Counted from the first letter of the stretch, positions 40,150-50,853 are shown. The stretch is DNA of 64,000 nucleotides from Octopus sinensis (GCF_006345805.1 NC_043006.1:86552001-86616000); one strand, 5' to 3'. Notes: generated by a model from the sequence alone, not told the origin. Numbers and translations: made by a program.

Positions 40150-40930
40150 CATCCATAACTTACATTAGGTACACCGTATGGAGTTCCTACCTACAACTTC
40201 CCTACAAATCAAACAAGGCCACCTACCTTTAAGTGGATAGGGTCCTGTTAGTTATTTTGCTGACTAGGACTTTAGTCTTTGCTAAGTTAACCTTAAGGCT
40301 CTTAGACTCCAGGTTTTGCTTCTGCACCTGGAATTTCTCTTGTAGCTCTGATATGGAATCTGCTACGAGGGCAAATATGAGTTCAAAGCTATCCACTAGG
40401 ATAGCTTTTCCATGCCTCTTTCTTGTCCACATCATTAAGCGCAAGCATATCATTATCCGTCCACACAAACTTCTCTACCACAACGTCTCAATTCTCACTG
40501 ACACACTGTCTAGCAATCCAGAACACTTCAAGTCTTTGACCTTCAAGCTGTAAGACTTTGGCAAACCTCTTTTCTTTTTGCTTCTACCTTAGCTAGATAA
40601 ACCTAGTGTTTAGCCTTCTGATAGGTTTCTTAATTACCCACTCCTTTCCACTCTTTTCAGACACATCTCTTTCTTTTATGGCCCTGCCAATGTCATTGTC
40701 TCACCACCATGTTACCCTTGGTCAGGTAGAGATTTTGCTCCAACCATAAATTTGGTCTGTTGCCCTAGTAGATTGTCCTGTCAGAACTTCCAATTGTCCT
40801 CTATGTCATATGTTTCTATCTCTCCCTTCTTCTCATCAAAGGCCTCCTTTAGGACATCTCTCAATCTCTGCCTGTTCAAAAGATCCTTGAGCATCCACAG
40901 CCTCCATTTCCATTTAGCTTGTGTCTCTGG
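40150..40930 (-). mobile_element. Internally deleted RTE fragment (EN-RT linker fused to the post-YADD region)
   Basis: W+LK linker peptide at 40781-40930, then ALVADSISELQEKFQ..NLESKSLKVNLAKTKVLVS and GRNSIRC..CKLW. Confidence 0.8.
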
Positions 40931-41175
40931 ATGTATAGCCTGGGTAAAGTTCAGAGAGCTCCTACCTCTGCTGGAGACAAAGGGCCACTCGCTCAGAGTA
41001 AAAGGAAGACTGTATGATGCATGTGTATGAACAGCCATGCTACATCACAGTGAAACATGGGCCGTGACTGCTGAGGACTGTGTAAGCTTGTAAGGAACAA
41101 AGCCAGTATGCTCCGCTATATGTTTAATGTCAGTGTGCATACTCGACAGAGTGGAAGTGCTTTGAGAGAAAAGCC
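40931..41175 (+). mobile_element. RTE post-RT fragment
   Basis: AWVKFRELLPLLETKGHSLRVKGRLYDACV...SETW. Confidence 0.85.
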
Positions 41176-41199
41176 AGCCAGCCAGCCATCCAATAACCT

Positions 41200-43290
41200 A
41201 CCAGTCAGGTGACTCTGCTAGCCAAGTTGATTTCATTCTCACCAGACAGTGGGATGCATGGTTGCTCTTAAATACAAAGACCCTCCCTGGTGAAGAATGT
41301 ACTCTCCAGCATAGACTTATTATTAATCACTTTAGACTCGAGGCCAGAAGGATGCCAAAAAGCAAACCAATCTGGAAAAAAGGGACTTGGAAGCTTAAGA
41401 ACCTTCACATGGTCAGAGATTTAGGGATATCCTTACTGAGAAATTTGAAGAGAGGGAAGAGGAGCTACAGTCCTGTGACATAGAAGGCAGTTGAGAATTC
41501 CTGCAAGTCAGCTTGCTGAGTGCCACAGACCAAATCAGTGTCTGGTGCAAAGTCCCTTCCAGGCGTAGGGTAACATGGTGGTGGAACAATACAGTAGACA
41601 GGGCCATTAGAGCAAAGAAACAGGCTTGGAAGAGTGGGGGTAGCAGGGGACTGTATCAGATAGCCAGAAAGGAAGCTAGGAGACAGGTATATATAGCCAA
41701 GGGATTAGCAGAAAAGAAGTTTGCCAATGTTCAATAATGCGAGGACCAAAGAAATGAAGTATTTTGGGTTGCATGACAGTGAGTGAGAGAAAACAGGATG
41801 TCATAGGAGAGAAATGTGTCTGCATGGATGACGGTGCTCTTGCATTTAAGGATTCTGCAAAGAAAGAGGCTTGGAGTTGCTATTATGAAAGACTGCTGAA
41901 TGTGGAGAATGAATGGGAGGAAGAGAGCTTGCCAATGGTTGATGCAATTGATTGACCAGCTATCTGAATAGATAGTACCCTGGTAGATAAAGCAATTAAG
42001 AATATGAAGACAGGGAAAGCACCTGTCCCATCAGGAATCACTGCTGAGATGTTTAAAATATTGTATGGTGTGGATTATGGTCTTATCACCTGCATCATAA
42101 ATCAGGTAGTTCATGAAGGAGTCATACCCAATGACTGGTGTAGCAGCACCATAGTCAACTGCTACAAGGGTAATGGTGATGCTTTAGATAGAAATAACTA
42201 CAGGGGTATCAAATTATTGGATCAGGTGATGAAAGTTACAGAGAGGATCATAGCCCAACTAATTAGGGAGAGAGTTAGCATAGATGAGATGCAGTTTTGT
42301 TTTGTGCCAAGCTATTCTTATTCTGCTGGCAACTAAGGGCCTCTTGCTCAGGATGAAAGGTAGACTGTATGATGCATGTGTGCGATCTGCCATGCTACAT
42401 GGCCATGACTGCTGAAAACATGCGTAGGCTTGAAAGAAATGAAACTGGTATGATCTGCTGGATGCGAAATGTCAGTACGCATACACAACAGTGTGAGTGC
42501 TCTGAGAGAAAAGTTGGACATAAGAAGCATCAAATGTGGTGTGCAAGAGAGACAATTGCACTGGTATGGTCATGTTACTTATGGATGAGGACAGCAGTGT
42601 GAGGAAGTGCAACACCCTAACTGTGGAAGGAACCTGTGGAAGAAGTAGACCCAGGGAGAAATGGGATGAGGTGGTGAAGCATGACCTTTGAAAGTTGGGC
42701 CTCACAGAGGCAATGACAGGAGACCAAAACCTTTGGAGATATGCTGTGATTGACAAGACCTGGCAACTAAAGTGAGATCACAGCCAAGGCTGATGCTAGT
42801 GTTGCATGTCCAGTGCATTTAAAAGCACCATTGATGCATTGGGTGATGTGATATGCTTGAGAATACCTGTTGAGTCAAATAAAATCAAAATCGTAGCTGT
42901 GACTAGTGCCTCTTGACTGGCCCCCGTTCCGGTGGCACATAAAATGCATCATCCAAATGTGGTCAATGTCAGTGCCTCTTGACTGGCTCCCATGCCAGTG
43001 GCACGTAAAAAGCACTATCTGAATGTGATCTATGCCAGGACTGCCTGACTGGCTCCCATGCTGGTGGCATGTAAAAAGCACCATCCAAACATAATCGATG
43101 CTAGGCCCACCTGACTGGCTCCATGTGCTGGTGGCACATAAAAAGCACCCACTACACTCTCAGAGTGATTGACATTAGGAATGGTATCCAGCTGTTGAAA
43201 CATTGTCAGATCAGAATGGAGCCTGTTGCAGCTGCTAGCTTTCTAGACATCAGTCAAACCGTCCGTGCCAGCATGGAAAACAGACGTTAA
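41200..43290 (+). mobile_element. RTE LINE with its RT core deleted but intact 3' UTR and tail
   Basis: End of the APE domain (QHRL), WWWNN, KTGKAP..GITAEM, NYRGIKLL and EMQFCFVP, then a direct jump to LLATKG..GRLY, LHWYGH and RSRPREKWDE. The UTR has four ~65-bp repeats and the tail gcatggaaaacagacgttaaac(ATT)n. Confidence 0.9.
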
Positions 43291-43300
43291 ACAATTATTA

Positions 43301-43344
<44 letters not shown>

Positions 43345-43359
<15 letters not shown>

Positions 43360-43800
43360 ATTGAGAGAATAGTATAAGCCATCAAAGTGACACTGGGGTT
43401 CAAATATATGAAGTCTAGTTTACCCAACATAACTACCCATCTGATAAGGGTACACCAGATACATATCAGGTGGGGGCCAGTTAGAATTTTCTTCAGGTCA
43501 AGTAACAAAACACCCATGTTTCCAGAGGTGAATTATTCAAAAGAATTCCTCTCAACACATGACTATAATGCTTCCCAACTACTTCTGCTTGTGATCAGAG
43601 ATGCACACATGGTCAGCCACCAAGGGACATGCTCAATTGGTTAAGGTCGAGCAACTGACAAGCAAATCTGTGTATTGAGCAGAACATTTGTTGTAGCCCA
43701 TCTTTTATACCAAGACAAATCATGTACATGACAACACTTCCAATCAGTTAAGATCAGAAGCCATGAGAACCAGTGCCTGGTACTGCATCAGGGCAATTGT
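43345..43800 (+). repeat. Unassigned interspersed repeat ending in a (TTA/TTG)n tail (probable retroelement 3' UTR)
   Basis: Complex sequence bounded by (ATT)n on both sides, ending ggtactgcatcagggca plus a simple-repeat tail. Confidence 0.45.
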
Positions 43801-43844
43801 TATTGTTGTTGTTATTATTATTATTATTATATTATTATTATTCA

Positions 43845-44020
43845 GTAGTTTTATTTTTATAGTGTGCTTTCACTTCACTACCGAGCACAGCTCTGAGTGC
43901 CTTGGGCATGTGCTGTGATTTGTTACGATGCTCTGATAGTTACTGTATTGAAAGTGTTTTGCATAGGATGTGTGCAGTGGCCAGTAGTGCAATTTTCTGT
44001 ATGTTATACATATTCTGTAT
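43845..44020 (-). mobile_element. Extreme 3' end of an R4-like RLE retrotransposon
   Basis: MYNIQKIALLATAHILCKTLSIQ* parallels the end of the 5571 ORF (IQKIVLMGTAHILCKILSM*) but has a different UTR. Confidence 0.75.
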
Positions 44021-45978
44021 GTTATATTATCATTATTATTATTATTATATTATTATTATTATTATTATTATTAGTCTTAAGCACATCAACCGATGGCTAG
44101 ATCTTTGGTGCTATTTCTATCTTATTCTTGGTAACAACATTTGTTAATTTCTCTCCAAAGAAATTCTATTAACTGTAATTAGGTCTTGTGTGGAATTAAA
44201 AAAAGAACTTTTTTTATTTTTGTGTCATATTGGTTGACCAATAGCCCTTGCATTAGTGTTTCTTTCATTTGTACCCTGTCAGCCTAAATATAGACAATGT
44301 CTGCAAGAATGTGAAACAAAGGAGTCATTAATGGTTGAGTGCCAAGGAAGAAGAAAAAAATTAAGTAAAATACAACATGGTTTCAAGAAAAGAGATTCAA
44401 GTCTATTGGTTGTTGTTGGTTAGTCCTACATTAACTTTGACTGAACAAACCAGCGACCGAACATGTTCCAGCCATAAGAGTATGTCTAAGACTACACCAT
44501 CTAATGTCTTTTATTGTGGATATTATTTGAGAAATTTAGTATTTCTTGAATTCATCACTCAGAGATGGATGGATAGTGTATTTTAGATATATTCCATGAG
44601 AATACTGAAGTGATATCCTTAGACCTCAATGCATTGTGGGACTTGGATATGTTCATATACGTCATACTTTCTCACTTCCATTACTCTGTCTTCCTCCACT
44701 ACCATTCACTCATACTGTTTTCTATATCATCTTACCAACAATCAGCAAGCTCTCTCTCTCTTTCTCTCTCTCTCTCTTTCTCTCGTTGCTCTTCAGTTAC
44801 TCTTTTGCTTGCTGCTCTATCTTCCAGTAATCTTCTTGCTCACATATGACATGAACAAGTGACAAAATATAGTGCAAACTTTTTAGGCATGCAAAAGTCA
44901 AAGCAATCTCTCAAAGCCAAAATGCCAGACTAAAATACACTGAATATACTTTATAAAGTGGTTGGCAAAGAAATGGAGATATGTAGGTAAGAGTGAACTC
45001 TTCAGCCTTGTTGAGGACATGACTATCTCTCTGGTGTCAATGCTATAATGAAATGGACCCATTACACTTCACAATTAGAATGAATTGAGTAGAAGACTAT
45101 TATGTATACAGGTTTGTAGCTGAGTATGTATGTGTGTAAATCTGTGCAAATGGTTTCATTCTTGTGCTGTACATGAAAAATCTCTGAGCTCTAGGCTCAT
45201 TTCCCTGCCAACAAATCAGTAGGTTCTGTGCTTTCAAAAGTGTGTGAGATCTGCCTCTTACTTGAAAAGCAGATAAAGATTATCAATAGGAAGGGCAGTC
45301 AGCTAGTAGTAAAGTAATGCTGCAATAGTGTATATTCATCTAACACATGCTAGCATAGAAAATTAGATGTAAACATGAAAAAATGTATACAGGACATTTT
45401 CAGTTTCAAATCTCTTTGGTACTAAGCTGAGCAAGAGCACACATGAGGATGGATAGTGTTGCTGAAGAGGTCAAAGATGTGTGGTGAAAGATTTCTGGAC
45501 AATAGAGATGAATTAGAATAAGAACACTAATAAACAATATATAGTGCATGTGTTTATTTGGTAAAAAAAAGAAAATGAGAACCAACCCAAAATACAACAA
45601 TACAAAATATGAAACAGTATTTTACTTATGGAAAAGTACATGCAAAATAGGTAAAACTTATTAGCTGGAATTGTATCATTATAAGAATTCTTCAATCCAA
45701 TTAACAGAATTCTTCAATGAAAAGTCATATCCCTGGAAAATAGCATGTGGTTTCAACAGTAAGGATAATACAAAATAACTTATTCTTTTGTATAACCCAC
45801 ATTTGAATTTGTATAAATGCTCACTCATTTTATATCTGAATTACCATGTTACCCTGTGTTAAATAAATTTATATTGTTGCAGCATTGGTTTTACAGCTAG
45901 TTGCCCTTCTGGTTTCTAAACCTTATCCATTTTTCAAACAAGGAACTGTGTATATATCGATATCATACCACATATACT

Positions 45979-46207
45979 TTAACACTTTAGTGTTTGCATT
46001 ATTCTGCCAAAATTAATGCTTTTTTATCCACATTGCTTTGAACTAATCATGCATTATCTTGTAGATATGAGATTATGATGAGGTAGCTGTTAATTTTTTA
46101 AATGATATTGTAGGGTTAGTGTGAGAGACCAGATCTGGCCAGTTTGAACATAAAACAGGCAGAATACTTCTGGCCAGATATGGCCGGTTTAAATGCTAAA
46201 GGGTTAA
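45979..46207. mobile_element. piggyBac-type MITE (~220 bp) with TTAA flanks
   Basis: Left TTAA-CACTTTAGTGTTT; right (reverse complement) TTAA-CCCTTTAGCATTT. Confidence 0.7.
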
Positions 46208-46625
46208 GTGCTCTTCCAGTAACCTTAACAATGCTGGGAGATAAATATATTTCAAAAAACATATATAGACCATATATATTTATCGGTTCATACATTTAAT
46301 TAGAGGACACAATACAAAATATTCTGATTCATGGAGCATAATACATAGATATTTTAGAAAGAGAAATATATCCTGTGTTCACAATATTTTGAATTACAAT
46401 TGTTTTATCCCAAATTTTTAGGCATGGTAGAAAACACAATATGAAAAATGAATCAATAAGTTGTTTATGCAAAAGTCAATGGGAAACAACTAAAATGTTA
46501 TTTGCTACAACACTGTCATTATTGAAATATAAACTGAAGCAAAGTTGATAATAAAGATGTAAGCAGCTCAGATTAAGAGATTGTTTTTTTTTAGGAATGT
46601 TATAAAAATATTTTGGAAACTTTAC

Positions 46626-46681
46626 CTGGCCATACAGGATAAATCATGGAGAAGTATAGTCCTGTCTTCCGGCTGAAATAT
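46626..46681 (-). CDS. Internal coding exon (56 nt, phase 0 to 2) of an M1 aminopeptidase (APN/ENPEP/ERAP-like), ERAP1_C-type domain
   Basis: Minus-strand acceptor tttggtttcatttctag| and donor CCAG|gtaaag. Reads IFQPEDRTILLHDLSCMA(R), matching the M1 C-domain motif DRxxLIxDAFxLARxG. Its terminal AG plus the first G of the 11817 exon make AGG (Arg) in frame. Confidence 0.88.
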
Positions 46682-47269
46682 CTAGAAATGAAACCAAATA
46701 TAGAAATTTATATATACATAGAATGAATTTGAAGGAAATATAAAACAATGTAAAGATTAGTTTGGACTTTTATTGTTAAGAAGATAAATAGTTTTTTTTT
46801 CTTTTATTTCTGAAAATCAATATATTCTGGCAGTCAGTCAATACACCATTTTCTATAGATTTGAAAGATTTTTGTTTCTTGCATAACTTGTGTGTCATTG
46901 GCCTCTGTCTTCATACGCCTTCTGCTAATATTTTATTATTTATTTCCAAGAGTTAGAGATGTGTTGTTAGTAGAAATGACAACCAGCTAAACTAAAATAT
47001 TTTACAACACTTAATTCATTCTTACACGTTTCCGAGTTTGATTCCTGCAGAGTGAATAAAATAAGCTATAATAAATAACAATAAAACAATGATGTATTAC
47101 TGATTTGAATATATCAACTATTTCTTTGTCTGTTTCCATTGTATAATAGAATATCTATTCAAGGAAGAACTTATTAACTATTTAATACTAATATGTTACA
47201 CACTTCTGACATCTGTTCCTCATTATTTTCTTCATATTTGCAACTAAATATTTCATATCTCACTCCCAT

Positions 47270-47302
<33 letters not shown>

Positions 47303-47531
47303 ATAGAAATATTAAAATTACTAAGTCTCTCTAAAAGAGAACAACGGCAGCGTTTCCGGAAAATAATAGTTATCGCCATACTAATATGGCATTCTTATAA
47401 AAATAAGAATAAAGCTGTCCGCTTATTAGCTCCATGAGGCCATCGCCTTAAGTTAGCTATTTGATACACAAACTGTATCCATATAACCTTTGAACAAGGG
47501 AGGTCAGTCGCTCCACACTACTTGGCCGGCA

Positions 47532-47573
47532 GCTACAGACGCGTTTCGGGGTATTGCCCCTTTTCAATGCAGC
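47532..47573 (-). ncRNA. Minimal type I hammerhead ribozyme (U3-A8 core variant), sense to the host pre-mRNA
   Basis: GCUGCA-UUGAAAA-GGGG-CAAUA-CCCC-GAAA-CGC-GUC-UGUAGC: 6-bp helix I, 4-bp helix II, palindromic ACGCGU helix III, GUC cleavage triplet. Confidence 0.8.
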
Positions 47574-47759
47574 GTAGCCAGACCAGTAGGTGTCGCTTCT
47601 GACAATCTCTGTTCAAAGGTTTTATTTACCTAGCTTCGGTGGAATACATCCACTTGTTTTCAATAATAGAAATATTAAAATTACTAAGTCTCTCTAAAAG
47701 AGAACAACGGCAGCGTTTCCGGAAAATAATAGTTATCGCTCCACACTACTTGGCCGGCA

Positions 47760-47795
47760 GCTACAGACGCGTTTCGGGGTATTGCCCCTTTTCAA
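47760..47795 (-). ncRNA. Second, truncated hammerhead copy lacking the 5' strand of helix I
   Basis: UUGAAAAGGGGCAAUACCCCGAAACGCGUCUGUAGC is preceded by cuuuau instead of GCUGCA. Confidence 0.65.
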
Positions 47796-47984
47796 ATAAA
47801 GAATGCCATATTAGTATGGCGATAACTATTATTTTCCGGAAACGCTGCCGTTGTTCTCTTTTAGAGAGACTTAGTAATTTTAATATTTCTATTATTGAAA
47901 ACAAGTGGATGTATTCCACCGAAGCTAGGTAAATAAAACCTTTGAACAGAGATTGTCAGAAGCGACACCTACTGGTCTGGCTAC

Positions 47985-48026
47985 GCTGCATTGAAAAGGG
48001 GCAATACCCCGAAACACGTCTGTAGC
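47985..48026 (+). ncRNA. Third hammerhead copy, antisense to the host gene, with one change in helix III
   Basis: GCTGCATTGAAAAGGGGCAATACCCCGAAACACGTCTGTAGC (ACACGT instead of ACGCGT). Confidence 0.75.
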
Positions 48027-48189
48027 TGCCGGCCAAGTAGTGTGGAGCAACTGACCTCCCTTGTTCAAAGGTTATATGGATACAGTTTGTGTATCAAATA
48101 GCTAACTTAAGGCGATGGCCTCATGGAGCTAATAAGCGGACAGCTTTATTCTTATTTTTATAAGAATGCCATATTAGTATGGCGATAAT

Positions 48190-48223
<34 letters not shown>

Positions 48224-48232
48224 CATATATAT

Positions 48233-48612
48233 GTGGCTGAGTGGTAAGTAGCTTGCTTACCAACCACACGGTTCCGAGTTCAGCCCCACTGTGTGGGACC
48301 TTGGGCAAGTGTCTTCTATTATAGTCTCGGACCGACCAAAGCCTTGTGAGTGGATTTGGTAGACAGAAACTGAAAGCCTGTCGTATATATATATGTATGT
48401 GTGTGTGTGTGTTTGTGTGTCTGTGTTTGTCCGCCCCCCCACCATCGCTTGACAACCGATGTTGGTGTGCTTATATCCCCATACTTAGCAGTTCGACAAA
48501 AGAGACCAATAGAATAAGTACTAGGCTTACAAAGAATAGGTCTTGGAGTTGATTTGTTTGACTAAAGATGGTGCTCCAGCATAGCCACAGTCAAATGACT
48601 GAAACAAATAAA
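48233..48612 (+). mobile_element. tRNA-SINE family A copy
   Basis: Collinear with other family A copies; CpGs largely retained. Confidence 0.92.
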
Positions 48613-49032
48613 ATAATGTATACACACACACACACACACACAATAACTGTCAAATTGTTATCAAATATGATAATCTTTTGCACTAAAATTACAGATGTAT
48701 CACCTCTTCTCCACAAGGTCCCATGATGACTCCACCTCTGAGATACTAATGCCACTTCAATGAAGGACTTGTGAATCTCAACAACTCCCATAGACACAAC
48801 ACCTTCCATGCCCTCATAACTGAGATTGCAATAAGATAGGTGTTATTTCCCTGTTGTCCATGCACTTGACACCCCAACAACTACAGTAAAAGGCTCACTA
48901 TCTATTCATGGTTCAAACAAACCCAAGTCTTGACATGAGGTAAGGAGAAAAAAAATGTAAATAGTGCCTATGCTTTAAATTTCATCATGACAAATTTTTG
49001 TAGTTGTTAAATTGGCAATCAGAAAAAAAAAA

Positions 49033-49428
49033 CAGGAGTGGCTGTGTGGTAAGTAGCTTGCCAACCAACCACATGGTTCCGGGTTCAGTCCCACTGCATG
49101 GCATCTTGGGCAAGTGTCTTCTGCTATAGCCCCGGGCCGACCAATACCTTGTGAGTGAATTTGGTAGACGGAAACTGAAAGAAGCCTGTCGTATATATGT
49201 ATATATATATATGTGTATGTGTGTGTGTTTGTGTGTCTGTGTTTGTCCCCCTAGCATTGCTTGACAACCAATGCTGGTGTGTTTACGTCCCCGTCACTTA
49301 GTGGTTCGGCAAAAGAGACCAATATAATAAGTACTGGGCTTACAAAGAATAAGTCCCGGGGTCGATTTGCTCGACTAAAGGCGATGCTCCAGCATGGCCG
49401 CAATCAAATGACTGAAAAGAGTAAAGAG
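49033..49428 (+). mobile_element. tRNA-SINE family A copy
   Basis: Collinear with other family A copies. Confidence 0.92.
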
Positions 49429-49659
49429 AGTATGATGACCAGAATATACAAACACAGCAGATTTCAAGTGAGAGAATCTTTTCCTATGTACGTTTACACA
49501 GATATATCAATGCACAAATTCAAGTTTAACAAATAGTAGTATGGATAGAAGCTGAGCAACATGATATATCTAATGTCAAGTCAATATTTAGTGCTGCTCT
49601 TGCATGTGTGATATTCTCTCATCTCCCCATTACTCATCTCCCTGACATATCTCTATCTA

Positions 49660-49888
49660 TTTCTTTACTACCCACAAGGGATTAAACACAGAGAGGACAA
49701 ACAAGGACAGACAAATGGATAAAGTCGATTATTTCGACCCCAGTGCGTAACTGGTACTTATTGAATCGACCCCGAAAGGATGAAAGGCAAAGTCGACCTC
49801 GGCGGAATTTGAACTCAGAACGTAACGGCAGACGAAATACGGCTTCGCATTTCACCCCGCGTGCTAACATTTCTGCCAGCTCGCCGCC
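49660..49888 (-). mobile_element. Young full-length tRNA-SINE family B
   Basis: Reverse complement ggcggcgagctggcagaaatgttagcacg...gagttcaaattccgccgaggtcgactttgcctttcatcctttcggggtcgat...cttgtgggtagtaaagaaat. Confidence 0.92.
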
Positions 49889-50456
49889 CTATCACTCATC
49901 TCTTGCCATTGTCCACCCCTCTACTATTACTCTTCATTCACTCTCTTTTACTCACCTTAACCACTCGTTTCTACCATTATGCACTTGCTCCCTCCACCCA
50001 CTCTGGCCCTTCTTCTATCATTGCTCTCTCCTAAAATTCATGTCACAAAGTAGTGGAGACTCTTTACACCTGGGTGTGTATATGAGTTAATATACAGTAC
50101 TGGTACTATGATAAAATGCATTCAGTACACTCTGCAAAAGTGATTAATGAATAAATAGAGAAAGTGTATTAAGATAGAGAGAATCCAAAAAACCTGTTTT
50201 CTTGAGGAATTGGCAACCTCTCTAGTGCTGGTGCCATAATAAAATTACCAAATACATTCTGTCAAGTGGTAAGTGACAAGAAGGGCAAAAAATAAAACAA
50301 ATGTGATCTGGTTCTCTGACCCATCTGATGGCAGTAAATCCAATAAGAGTTGACTTGTGTGGTGACAAACCATCCAAACCAATTTAACGTGGAAAGCATA
50401 TCTAAAAGGATGAGGATATATCATTGTCATCATTATCATCATCTTTATAATCATCA

Positions 50457-50853
50457 CTAGCAGTATCGCCCGGCGTTGCTCGGGTTTGTAAGGGAAATAA
50501 CTATATAAGCATTTTTAGAGAGTTATAGCCAAAAAATAGCAAAAAAATGCATTAAAAATTGAAAAAAAATTAAGGTAATTTTTTTTTAAATCGTTGACAC
50601 ATCGTAGATATTTTTAGAGAGTTACTTCCCTTATATAATAACGAAAAATATGCATTAAAATGGAAAAATATGATGGTAAATTTTTTTTAAATCGTAGACT
50701 CATCGTAGACGCGCGCTAATACCCAGAAGGGCTCGATATGAATCACGACTATAAGATACCCGCTTTTGGTTAAACTACACCGCAAAATGTGGGAGTAGTT
50801 ACGAATCTAAATCGTAGGAGACAGACACACAACTTCACTCTTATATATAAAGA
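50457..50853 (-). mobile_element. Intact non-autonomous Helitron (397 bp)
   Basis: Inserted at A|T with 5'-TC (50853) and 3'-CTAG (50457). Subterminal hairpin CCCGAGCAACGCCGGG; internal ~100-bp duplication. Confidence 0.88.

Larger units (their letters stand above)
47301..48193. mobile_element. Retrozyme-like / Penelope pLTR-like element: tandem and inverted copies of a 363-bp hammerhead-containing monomer
   Basis: Block order A-B-C-D-A-C, then an inverted more-than-monomer copy. A recurs at 47301 and 47664 (period 363). Arms 47365-47739 and ~47817-48193 are ~99% complementary. (AT)n lies on both flanks. Confidence 0.85.

Noticed and set aside
45406-45502. Strong minus-strand acceptor at ~45502
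   Set aside because: No good donor before stops in any frame, and the flanking exons already join in frame.
47639-47932. 97-aa ORF across the centre of the palindrome
   Set aside because: A by-product of the rearranged non-coding repeat; no recognisable domain.
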